Assembly: GCF_006345805.1 (NCBI RefSeq)
Contig: NC_043007.1
Location: forward strand, 38,626,001-38,690,000
Reading direction: 5' to 3'
Source: Octopus sinensis
Taxonomy: Eukaryota
Length of the DNA stretch: 64,000 bases
Below, piece after piece: positions 1-10,623 of the stretch. The position numbers were made by a program, and so were the translations under genes. A model generated the notes under the pieces. It searched no databases and had not been told where the DNA came from. It saw only the letters and a list, made by a program, of their open reading frames with translations. Each line of letters opens with the position of its first letter. Position 1 is the stretch's first letter.

Positions 1-261
1 ATGCCCGTGGAGAGAGGGGTGAGAATCTCTTTCAGTTAGAGGTCACAGAGAGCGTGTGGAAGTCGAGGCAAAGGTGTCAAGAGCTGTTGAGGACTGTGGG
101 GTGGGGAGAAGCTGGCAGATATGAACCTGTCCCAGGTAATGGCTCATGACAAGGCTTGTGTGGAAATCTTTCGTTGGTCCATGCCCCACGGAGAGCAGGT
201 GGAACTAAAATTATTCATTCAGTATCTACATTTCACCTCTCAGACTTTCTGTACACTTGAA

Positions 262-687
262 GGATCTTTTCGGTTTGAACGGCAGTTTTTTTCTAGCGGT
301 GTCATATGAAATTGTCACCCATAATTATGGCCCTAGTATCGATTGTTACCCATAATTATGACCCTAGGATCGATCTATTGCATTTCAATATCTTTTAGGG
401 TTGGGGTGGGGGGAAGGGTATCTTTTTTTCTTCACAAATGTATCTTTTTTTCTTCACAAATTCATACGGCACAGAATGTTTTTTACCTCAATAGACGTCA
501 CTGATTGGTTGAAATTGCAGAAATTGAAGGAAAAAAAATAACAAATATCTTACAAGCTATAGAATTTTCTCCATAAAGCCAAGAGAAAAAGATGTTTTAT
601 AAACACATTCTACCAGTATACGAAATTTAAAATCTTTTAGTTACCTAGAAATTATGTTAAAAACTGCCGTTCAAACCGAAAAGATCC
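262..687. mobile_element. Non-autonomous TIR element (MITE), unclassified
   Basis: 29-bp TIR GGATCTTTTCGGTTTGAACGGCAGTTTTT ... AAAAACTGCCGTTCAAACCGAAAAGATCC; no TSD visible. Confidence 0.8.
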
Positions 688-1332
688 GGACCCTCAAACC
701 ATTTAAAATTTTTATTGAGGAAGGACACTGGAGGTGTGTAGTCGATTTAACCAATCCTAATATATTTGATTGGTAACTTATTTTATCTATACAGAAACAC
801 AGCAGGCGAAGTTGAAAGTAGATGTTAAAGGGAGGTAACTAAACATCACAAGGTATTTTTCGTTTGTTACTGAATCGGTTACGTCCATCGTGTTGACATC
901 CAAAGTCACAAAGGTTTTCTGAAAAACGATATCTCGATCACATTTGATTTTGTAGTTTTATCGAACCAAGAGGGAAATCAGAACTGAAGAAGAAAATAAA
1001 CTCAAATGTAAAATATTTAATTCGGTGCAGGCGGATTTTTTTTTTCCATATCTTCGAAGTGTACCTCACAGTGGTTGTTTCCCATCTTCCTCCGCACGGC
1101 TTTTTGCAATATGAATTGAAATTTGCAAGGTCTTTTGAACTTTACAGATTAAGTAGTACAGAGCATACAAAGGCAGTGGTGCTTCTTAGCTTGGTTTGAC
1201 TCTCCACATTATTTACAGTCAGCTGGACCGTCCTGCTGCACAATCTGGCATATGGCCAAAACAGCTCTTAACATAAAGTGGTCAGTGAGACTTGTTTTAT
1301 CGGTGTCCATACATTGGACCACATAAGCATGC

Positions 1333-1338
1333 ATAATA

Positions 1339-1379
<41 letters not shown>

Positions 1380-1675
1380 GCCCTGATGCAGCACCAGGCA
1401 GTGGCTCTCGTGGCTTCTGATCTTAACTGATTGGAAGTGTTATTGTACATTGTTTTGTTTTGGTATAAAAGATGGGCTACAGCAAATATTCTGCTCAATA
1501 CCACAGATTTGCTTGTCAGTTGTTTGACCTTAACCAGTTGAGCATGTCCCTTAGTGGCTGACGAAATGTGTACCTCTGATCACGAACAGAAGTAGTGGGA
1601 GAGCATCATAGCCATGTGTTGAGAGGGATTCTTTGGGGTGTGAATAATTCACCTCTGGGAAGAAGGGTGTTTCGT
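1333..1675 (-). mobile_element. (ATT)n-tailed retroposon-like repeat, same family as 52850-53245
   Basis: Reverse complement of 52900-53245 (ccactgcctggtactgcatca...att repeats); (ATA)n tract 1333-1379. Confidence 0.7.
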
Positions 1676-2000
1676 TCAATATCCTTTAGGGTTAGGGTTA
1701 GGGGTGGGGGAAGGGTATCTTTTTTTCTTCACAAATGTAAATAAACCCAATCTGTTTCTTAAAGGAGGGACATATTCATGCGGCACAGAATGTTGTTTAT
1801 GTCAATGGAGGTAATTGATTGGTTAAAATTGCCGAAATGCAAGAAATTAAAGACGAAATATGTTACAAACTATAGAATTTTCTCAATAAAGCCAAGAGAA
1901 AATGATGTTTTATAAACACATTCTACCAGTATACGAAGTTTAAATTTTTTTAATTAACTAGAAATTATGTTACAAACTGCCGTTCAAACCGAAAAGATCC
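1676..2000. mobile_element. Second, left-truncated copy of the 262-687 element with internal (TTAGGG)-like repeats
   Basis: Same internal sequence and right TIR ending AAAAGATCC at 2000. Confidence 0.8.
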
Positions 2001-2409
2001 AAAAACACTTTTGGATAAAAAAAAAGTTGAAGGCATACAATAATCTATAACTTTATGTGCTTCGACATCCACTATCCGCCTCAAAATAATTACTTTACGT
2101 CCTCCTGGGAGTTTATAGATCCTTATGACATCAACAGCACACACACGCACGCACGCACAACATTTCAACCAATTTCGTTTTCGATCGTCATTAGGTATCT
2201 TAACAATGGACTCCAACTTCGAACATTTATTTTTAAATTTAAGCTTAATAACGCTTTTATCCAATAAGCTACAGACATATATGTATGTTAGGTCTAGTGT
2301 GTTACAATGTCTACATCAGACGTAATGTGTTTAGGACTACACTATTCAGATAACCAACTTTTTTTTTAAGATCAAAGGGTACGATTTGAAGGAAAATTAG
2401 ATACTGTTA

Positions 2410-2680
2410 GAGTTTATGAGAGGGGATGAATTCAGTCTCGGACCCGCAAAGCCAAGTCTCCTTGGACTCACAGAGCCAATAACCTAGTTTCCATGGCATA
2501 TTAGCAATCGAGATCACAATTTCTTTAAGTATGTTTCAGGGTTACTTATTTACAGCTGAGCGGACTGGAGCTACGTGAAATGAAGTGGTTTAATTTAGAG
2601 CACAAGGCATCGCCCAGGACAGGAATCCAAACCTCGCTCTTTCGACCGTGAGTGTAACACTCTAACCACTAAGCTGCGCG
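2410..2680 (-). mobile_element. tRNA-derived SINE, head type B, degenerate
   Basis: ctaaccactaagc (reverse-complement A box) and CORE-like gaaatgaagtg..gagcacaa shared with the 37346 and 61150 copies. Confidence 0.6.
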
Positions 2681-2767
2681 ACTTTACGAATACTTATAAA
2701 AACAGACATTTAATGAAAATTCGTATGACTCTGTAGCGCTCATAAAGCACACCCATTATATCCTTGT

Positions 2768-3260
2768 CAGGGCCGGATTAAGACCTATAGAGGCCCTAAG
2801 CACTAAAAAGATTTAGGTGGCTTACATAAACCATAAAATAAATTTTTATTTTTCAAAATTTAACAAAACAAACAGTAAGATGGAAAATAATGTTTATTTT
2901 TCTATACTTCCACTTTATTTATATTTGAAAAGTTTTCTATTCTTTTAATTGCATAGTCTTTGATCAGATCTTCAAAATGAATCTTACGTAACTCATCTGC
3001 TTCTATACTTAGAGATAAAGCACTCCGAATATTATTTTAGCAAATAATAAGGTGATTTCTTCTGTAGCACAAACCATTTACATGGTGCCCCACTCCCCTT
3101 GATACTCTAAGCACGCGCTTATTTTGCTTAATTGTTAATCCAGTGCCGAAAATTTCTAGATCCCTCTCAAGAAAAAGAAGCTCCACGCCCCTGGTTATTT
3201 GGACAGTCTCATCCATTTTCCAGGATCCGGAAGTAATTTTGTCCGATCTTACCAAATTTC
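2768..3260 (-). mobile_element. Internally deleted hAT transposon remnant
   Basis: hAT-like terminus CAGGGCCGGATT at 2768; minus strand 3023-2940 reads LSLSIEADELRKIHFEDLIKDYAIK, typical of the hAT C-terminal dimerisation tail; KIGQNYFRILENG near 3200-3250 resembles N-terminal segments of the same family. Confidence 0.55.
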
Positions 3261-3444
3261 TCTCTTGGCTGCTGAATGTCCAACAATAGACTAATGTAGG
3301 CAAATAGTATACAAACCCAACTCTAACATTAAAAAAACAAAGTCCTACATATACTAAAACATGAGCCTGAACTTTGTTCAAAGAAGCCTGACCTGGAGTT
3401 AAACAATAATTCTCAGTTTTTGCTCTTTTAATGCCCTTTATCAT

Positions 3445-3656
3445 TTATCTGTTTCGGTCATTGGACTTCAGTCATGCTGGGGTTTAGCTTTGAAGGGTTT
3501 AGAGAAACAAATCGACCCCAGTACTTATTTTAAGTCTGGTACTGATCTCATCAGTGTTTTCGACGAACCGCTAAGTTACAGGGATGTAAAATAACTAACA
3601 CTAGTTGTCAAGCGGTGATTGGGGGCAAACAACATAAATACAAAGGCACACACACA

Positions 3657-3731
<75 letters not shown>

Positions 3732-3882
3732 AATAATGATGGGCTTCTTTCAGTTTCCATCTCACAAAGCTTTAGTTGGCTCGGGACTACAGCAGAAGAT
3801 ACTTGCGCAATGAATCACGCAGTGGGACTGAACTCAAAACCACATTGTTGAGAAGCAATCTTCTTAATCATACAGCCATACA
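3445..3882 (-). mobile_element. tRNA/CORE-like SINE, head type C, with internal (ATCT)n 3659-3730
   Basis: Reverse complement of the 56649-57108 family. Confidence 0.8.
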
Positions 3883-4046
3883 AAGGCGGTGAGTTGGCGG
3901 ATGCAGAATTCGAGACATTCATCTCTTACATTACTTAAAAATTTTACCACTAAGGTAAACTTATTCAGAGACGCAATCCGCATAAAAACACAATAATGTT
4001 TATTTGAGTGAATAAATTTATTCGTATCAGAAATAATTATGCGGTG

Positions 4047-4428
4047 GAGGCGCAATGGCCCAGTGGTTAGGGCAGCGGACTCGCGGTCGTAGGATCGCGG
4101 TTTCGATTCCCAGACCGGGCGTTGTGAATGTTTATTGAGCGAAAACACCTAAAGCTCCACGAGGTTCCGGCAGGGGATGGTGGTGATCCCTGCTGTACTC
4201 TTTCACCACAACTTTCTCTCACTCTTACTTCCTGTTTCTGTTGTACCCGTATTTTCAAAGGGCCGGCCTTGTCACTCTCTGTGTCACGCTGAATATCCCC
4301 GAGAACTACGTGAAGGGTACACGTGTCTGTGGAGTGCTCAGCCACTTACACGTTAATTTCACGAGCAGGCTGTTCCGTTGATCGGATCAACCGGAACCCT
4401 CGTCGTCGTAACCGACGATTGCTTCCAC
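4047..4428 (+). mobile_element. tRNA-Arg-like SINE (OR-like head A, tail 1)
   Basis: A box TGGCCCAGTGG, B box GGTTTCGATTCC; 12-bp TSD AATTATGCGGTG at 4035-4046 and 4429-4440. Confidence 0.9.
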
Positions 4429-4598
4429 AATTATGCGGTGAAGAAAAGTCACCATTATCTCAATAACTAATATTATTTTAATAAATGAGTGAGATCATAC
4501 TTGATGTTATAAACTAAATAACTTGAATTAAAATTATATCTTCAGTGGTGAGGACAGGCAATATCTAAACAACAAAAATTCATTAATTAAATAAACGG

Positions 4599-4747
4599 TC
4601 TTTCGTATTATGTACGTATAATAACGGACTACACAGTGAAAGGAAATAAATTATGTATCGTTTGGATATACATAATGTGTGAAAACTGTACGTGTTCTGT
4701 TCCTTTTCATTTTATTTTCCGCCATTATACGTACATAATTCGAAAGA
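4599..4747. repeat. Short inverted-repeat element, 30-bp arms
   Basis: tctttcgtattatgtacgtataataacgga (4599-4628) pairs with 4718-4747 at 27/30. Confidence 0.7.
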
Positions 4748-4906
4748 TCACAAATGAAATTGATCAAATATCAACTGCAGTGGGATGTATGTATAATGTT
4801 TAGTAGTACGGAGGCATGTCTCAGTCTGGAAAGATTTCAGCAATCAAATAGCGAAATTGTGACTTCTGCAATGGCTAATGAGTATGAACATATAAATTAA
4901 AAGAAC

Positions 4907-5102
4907 AAGGTGGCGAGCTGGCAAAATGCTTAGCGGCATTTCTTCCAACTCTACAATGCGAGTTCGAAATCCGCCTAGGTCGATTTTGTCTTTTATTCTT
5001 TCGGGGATTGATAAAATAAGTACCAGTTGAACACTGTGGTCAATGTAATCGACTAATCCATCAGCCAAAATTGCTAGTATTATGCCAAAGTTTGGAAAGA
5101 TC
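4907..5102 (+). mobile_element. Nin-domain-like SINE (head D)
   Basis: aaggtggcgagctggcag head, gtcgattttgtcttttattctttcgggg core; 15-bp TSD ATAAATTAAAAGAAC at 4892-4906 and 5103-5117. Confidence 0.85.
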
Positions 5103-5479
5103 ATAAATTAAAAGAACGACTGTTGTAGGGATACACAAACAGACCTGATATTTCGGCAAATACGGGAGACAACTCGTGACAGGTTTCGACCTAACTGTGT
5201 TGCTGGTGGATTAATAATGAGAGAACCACTAACATGTACGTTATTATATTCAAGTAAACGGGAAAAAGGAAACGTCAACTGCATAAAAAAAGACAAAAAT
5301 AAATAGATAACCAAGTTAGCGAGGATAGCTAGATAACAATTTACATTCGCCCCACTATATTCTGATTCCAAATTTCGCCAAGGACGATTTTAACTTTTGT
5401 CTGTTTTCGAGAAGAAAGAGTGTTTTCGCCGATGAGAGAATCTATTAATTCCCTTTATAACCATTAATTTCGTTAGTTG

Positions 5480-5690
5480 TTAGTGGTTAGCCCAAACAGA
5501 AGCTTGCCGAAAGGGCTTCCAAATGTGACCATCCTATCTTTTTAGGATCGTATATGACTTCTTTATTTAACGTCTTCTGTTTTGTATTTTCTTAGTTGAA
5601 AACGTTGGGTGTGACTTGAGGCTGATGCATCTGCTATTTCTTGCAACTTAAGCGACCACGTAGGTAACAACCTTCTCACTAGTTGACATG
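5480..5690. mobile_element. Interspersed repeat family E (also near 12700, 32880, 42000, 48515, 52640, 58640, 63500)
   Basis: Recurrent ttagccccaggtca...gatttggctgctatttctagcagg motifs in both orientations. Confidence 0.55.
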
Positions 5691-7068
5691 GTAAGGTGCC
5701 AAGCAAGCTAAATGGTATATTTAGATAAGCTATTGCTATCATAATTAAGAAATTCTGAACTATTAACTTCGTTTCTCATGTTCTTCTTTCACTCAATATC
5801 TCGGTCGGTGATTTATTCGATCGTCTTCAGGAGGTAAAATTATTACTCCTGTTCTAAAATCCTCTCACCTCCCAACTTCAAATCATACTTAAGGATATAC
5901 AAGCACACACACATATCGGAAAGGATAAATAGTTAATCTAATTTATAAATTAATAGACACACACAAACGAGAAAGCGAGAGAGGGTGAAAAAGTGCAAGA
6001 TAGAAAGAGAGGGGAAGTTAAAAGAGATAGCTAGCTAGCTAGATAAATAGATAGATAGATACGTATACAGATATGATACCTTGAAATGATCGCAAAATAG
6101 ATCGATCGAAATATACAAAAGAAAAGACTGCGAATTGAGATGTCTTTTCGTTAATTTCACGGTATCTAAATGCGACCTTATCTTTTTGTGACTTTAATCC
6201 AGACAGAAACGATCTTATCTTTCAATACCCTAGAAGTAGGTCGATAAAAATAATACCAGTAATATAAGAGGCCCTGCATATTCAGTTAGGCTCCTACTTC
6301 TCTATATTAATTGGCCTTATGTCTCAAGATTAAATACTAATTCAACTGTATACGAGGTTATATATTTACATCTGTATTTATAAATATGCTTGATCCAGAT
6401 GACATCGGATTAGGCTTCAAACTAAGGGAAGATAAGTCATGCGTAAAACGTGGAGAAACCCTCGCCAAGGAAAACCATTCTCAGAGCTATAACCTCTATA
6501 TAAACACATAGGTGCGTGTGTACGAAAGATGAATACACACACATATACATAATATATATATATATATATTATATATATATATATATATAGATAAATAGAT
6601 AGATAGATAGATAGATAGATAAATGTATGCATATTGCGACTATATATATGTGTGTGTGTGAGTGTGCATGTATCTATCAACACATACATAAATATATATA
6701 TTTGTGCGTGTGTATAGGTATACACATGCACACTCGCGCGCGGGCACACATATATATGTGAATGTGTGCGCGCGCACAAGTGTACACCTATATATGTGTG
6801 TATGCATGCATGTATGTATGAACTGAAATTAAAACGGCATTGAGAACTGGCGACAACGTAGAGAGAGAGAGAGAGAGAGTGAGGGAAAAGACAGAGAGGC
6901 AGAGAAACAGACAGGGAAAAGAAAATAGAAATACACGACATTAGAGATCAGAAATAATAGAATACCAAGTGAAAAATGGATAAGAAGGTCTTTATTGAAA
7001 AAAAATCAATTTAAATCGGGGGAGACACATACAAGTTTTTATTAGAGGGGGGAATTAAGGACATGGAA

Positions 7069-7100
7069 TTTCCCATGATGCTCTACTGCTACTGACGTCA
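7069..7100 (+). promoter_or_regulatory. Proximal promoter motifs: ZNF143/Staf-like TTTCCCATGATGC (7069-7081) and palindromic CRE TGACGTCA (7093-7100)
   Basis: Exact CRE octamer and SBS-like sequence about 330-360 nt upstream of the AUG in a CpG-retaining region; TSS not observed. Confidence 0.5.
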
Positions 7101-7315
7101 TCGAGCAAAACAAATTTGGTCACCAACTTGTGTTGTGTTCGCACTGGTCGGAGCTTGTCTTCACTCAAACAACACAAATAACAAGAGCAACAACAAACCC
7201 CAATATAACAATCACCACAACAACAACAACCAACACCATCATCACAATATACCAAACAACAACAAAGAAAAAAAAAAACATAGTGGAAAAGGGGTCCGAC
7301 TGATCAGCGATATTA

Positions 7316-7336
7316 ATGCTACAACAAATTACTTAA
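7316..7336 (+). promoter_or_regulatory. Out-of-frame uORF MLQQIT* in the WDR26 leader
   Basis: ATG CTA CAA CAA ATT ACT TAA; the only ATG between 7096 and 7428; stop ends 14 nt before CTG 7351. Confidence 0.7.
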
Positions 7337-7350
7337 GCAATCCGGCAATT

Positions 7351-7428
7351 CTGGCATCGTCTTCAGAATCAGAAGACGGTGGAGTTTCTCCCCCACCGCC
7401 CAAAAAGCAACGAGTCTCAGCCGCTAAC
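7351..7428 (+). CDS. WDR26: Putative CUG-initiated 26-aa N-terminal extension of WDR26 (LASSSESEDGGVSPPPPKKQRVSAAN) with NLS-like KKQR
   Basis: In frame with ATG 7429 with no stop; CTG 7351 has A at -3 and G at +4; resembles the recalled human non-AUG extension motif SSSSDSDTGGASPPPRKKPRQSAA. Confidence 0.65.
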
Positions 7429-7631
7429 ATGCAGTCGAATGGCTGCCCTCAGCACAATGGAGAGAGCGAGGAGATAGCGTCGACTTCCCGACAGAACGGT
7501 TCTTGTTCTGCCACGGCAAATGGTGAGGTGGCCACACTAGAAGATAGACAACATCTTTTGAAAACCATGTCCCAGGCGGATCAAGACGTAGTTCGATTAA
7601 TCGGCCAGCATCTCCGTGGGCTCGGCTTGAA
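7429..7631 (+). CDS. WDR26: WDR26 coding exon 1 (MQSNG...SQADQDVVRLIGQHLRGLGL), start of LisH
   Basis: ATG at 7429 (GCTAACATGC); donor AA|GTGAGT at 7632, phase 2; matches human MQANG...[21 protein letters not shown]. Confidence 0.95.
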
Positions 7632-7962
7632 GTGAGTCTCTCTCCACTGTCTGAATGAAGAAAACATTTTAGTTTTATATAGATTATGTATACACTCGTA
7701 TACACACACACAAATGCATATATATGTATTATATATAGATACACATATATTATGTATGTATACATATATTTATATCGTATATATATGTATGTATACATAT
7801 CTTTTATACGACTATATATATATATATATGTATGCATATATCTGAGCTATATATACATGTATGTCTACGTATATCTGAACTATAAATGTATGCATACATA
7901 TATATATATGTAGACATATAATCTCTATTATATATATGTGTATATACACATATGTATATATA

Positions 7963-8029
<67 letters not shown>

Positions 8030-8711
8030 TGAGTGTGTGTGTGTACTCATTACACGCATGTATGGGAGAAATATATACAATAGGTTGTTGATATGCCAGA
8101 AATCCCATTTCAGCAGCCCTCGTTCCTATATATATGTATATATATATTTATAAAGCCTACTTAATTTTTTTTAATATATATAATTACTATTTACATTTAA
8201 ATATTTTTATTACTTATTACTGTTTACGTTATTTTAAGACTATTATTATTATTTACGTTTGAATGCTACTTACAATTAATATTTTTAAATTAAATTTTAT
8301 TTTCATTACGACTATTTTTAAAAATATTTACATTATTAACACTACCATCAGGATCTGCTTAGATATTTTCAAATACTATTATTATTATTATTATTTTTAT
8401 TATAAGTATTTATATTTCTCAAATACTATTATCATTATTATACTTTTAAAAGGAAATGGCATTATCTCCATTATTATTTACATTACATATTAATCCTTAA
8501 ATATTTATTCTTATTATTATCATCGCCATCACCATAATTTTCTTTGATTGTTCTTGTTTTCACCCTTTTCGAGAAATTTCACAGTTTGTAGAAACAATCT
8601 AGATTTTTGTACCTTTATATATATATATATATTCGCCCTTCTTTCTATGTCTTTGAAAATTATAATAAATACACTTCGTTTACCCGAAATGGGGATTATA
8701 TATATGTATGC

Positions 8712-8746
<35 letters not shown>

Positions 8747-9210
8747 ATATATATATACTATCTACCACCATATATATATTTATATATTATATATATATGT
8801 ATATATATATAAGGATTCTATCTACCACCTATATATATACATAATTTTGTGGATTTTTTTGTTGTGTGTGTGTGTGCGTATTTTATATAATCCTCCCTTT
8901 TAAATTCGACTACAGCTGTTAATTTCTACGTAATGTCTGTTATGTGAAGCCAACTAGACCATATATAAATCATCACCTTTTATTTATATTCACAGATTTT
9001 GTGAGTGTATATATTTATATATACCAGTTTAATTTTAAAATTGGCTAGCAATAACGTACCGTGTTTTAAAAAAGAAAAACAGATCTTTCAACCTTTATTT
9101 CGAAATACCTACGTTCAGCTAATAAATTGTGAATTTATCTTTCTCCATATAATTTTTTTAAAAAAAACCACTCCAAAACAAAAACATTATTCTTCATTAA
9201 TATAATTCAA

Positions 9211-9252
<42 letters not shown>

Positions 9253-9507
9253 TCTTGAACAGGCAGGAAACCTACTGTGTATAATTGTATATACTTACAA
9301 CGTATATATATATATCTATATACACACACACACACACACAATCTATCCTGTCCTATCTTGTATATACATTCGTGCAGTTATTTCGCACCTTACCTTTTTA
9401 TAACCTAAAACGATTATTTAGACTGTCGTCATTAAAAAAATGAACTGAAGAGTCCTTTAAAGAATATTGTATCGCCCATTACATAGACATGATGTGTGCG
9501 TGTGTGT

Positions 9508-9553
<46 letters not shown>

Positions 9554-10067
9554 TCAAGAACCTTTCTGTCTAAAATATTTGAAAGTTACTGTTTTGGTTT
9601 TCGTTATTTTGTGTATAAGTAGGCACTTCAGTTGTTGGGATACACACACAATCTATGTATTTTACAGTGTATACGTATATTATATACCCTCATCTATTTG
9701 CTTATCTCTGTATCCCTCTCGTTATATATGTATATACATGTGTGGTATGTGTGTGTATATATATATATATAATCTGTGTGTATCAGCATATGTAGATGTA
9801 TATATGTGTATCTATCTCCCTATATATATATATACATATATATGTGTGTGTGTGTATCGATATATATAGATGTGTATATCATTATTTTCTCTCTCCCCCT
9901 CTCTCTCTCTTTCTTTATATATATATATATCTGTTGATATTCGTTTGTGTATGTTTATTATACAGGTCTATTATTACCGTTGCCATTTTTTTCATTAAAC
10001 GTTAATTAAATATCAACCAAGTTAAACTGTGGAGTTATTTAATGAGTTCTTTTTGTATGCATTTCAG

Positions 10068-10167
10068 TCGTACTGTGGAGTTGTTGATGTCGGAGTCTGG
10101 ATGTATGTTGGAACACCCCGCTGCTGCGAAATTTCGGGGGCATGTCATGGATGGTGAATGGGAAAAG
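10068..10167 (+). CDS. WDR26: WDR26 exon 2 ([34 protein letters not shown])
   Basis: Acceptor atttcag|T, donor AAG|GTCAGA; matches human [34 protein letters not shown]. Confidence 0.96.
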
Positions 10168-10623
10168 GTCAGATTATATACATACATGCATACACATATA
10201 CGCGCACACACATGTTTGTGTGTGTGTGTGTATGCGTATATATATATATATATATATATAAACTTCATATTTTAATTCTTTATATGTATCATTATTATCT
10301 GTTCTCTCTCTCTCTCGCTATATATATATATATATATATATACATATACATACACATATCTTTTTCTCCATTTGTCTAAATTGATAGTTGCTCCTGGTTT
10401 GATGTGTGTTTAGGGGAAGGGCGACAATGATGATGGTAATGAGAATATATTCAAATGTTGATCTTTATACCTTTATTTCTCTACCTTTCTCTCTCTCTCA
10501 GCTGGTGAGAGATGTCTCCACCATCTGATTCGAAACCCGAATCGCGTACATTAGCTCACCTAATCACTGGATCTTACTACTACTACTACTAACACCACCA
10601 CTACTACTACTACTACAACAACA

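Noticed and set aside
1-210. GC-richer segment possibly from an L2/CR1-type LINE end
   Set aside because: Similarity is too weak to assign, and the segment is truncated by the window edge
4047-4125. tRNA-Arg-like sequence (also at 15031, 34620, 37346)
   Set aside because: A/B boxes are present but the acceptor stem does not close, and the sequence runs into a SINE body flanked by TSDs; not a tRNA gene
5780-5835. Minus-strand CCTGAAGACGATCGAAT resembling a minimal Penelope hammerhead core
   Set aside because: GAAA is GAAT and stems I and III cannot be formed
5700-6900. Possible divergent gene exons on the minus strand upstream of the promoter
   Set aside because: All frames are short, with no recognisable protein and no convincing splice pair
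7096-7350. Longer open frame (GTG 7135 start in the ORF track) encoding an Asn/His-rich stretch
   Set aside because: The AAC-repeat leader is naturally poor in stops; GTG 7135 and CTG 7300 have weak context and no similarity to WDR26 is evident upstream of 7351. Not excluded, but unsupported.
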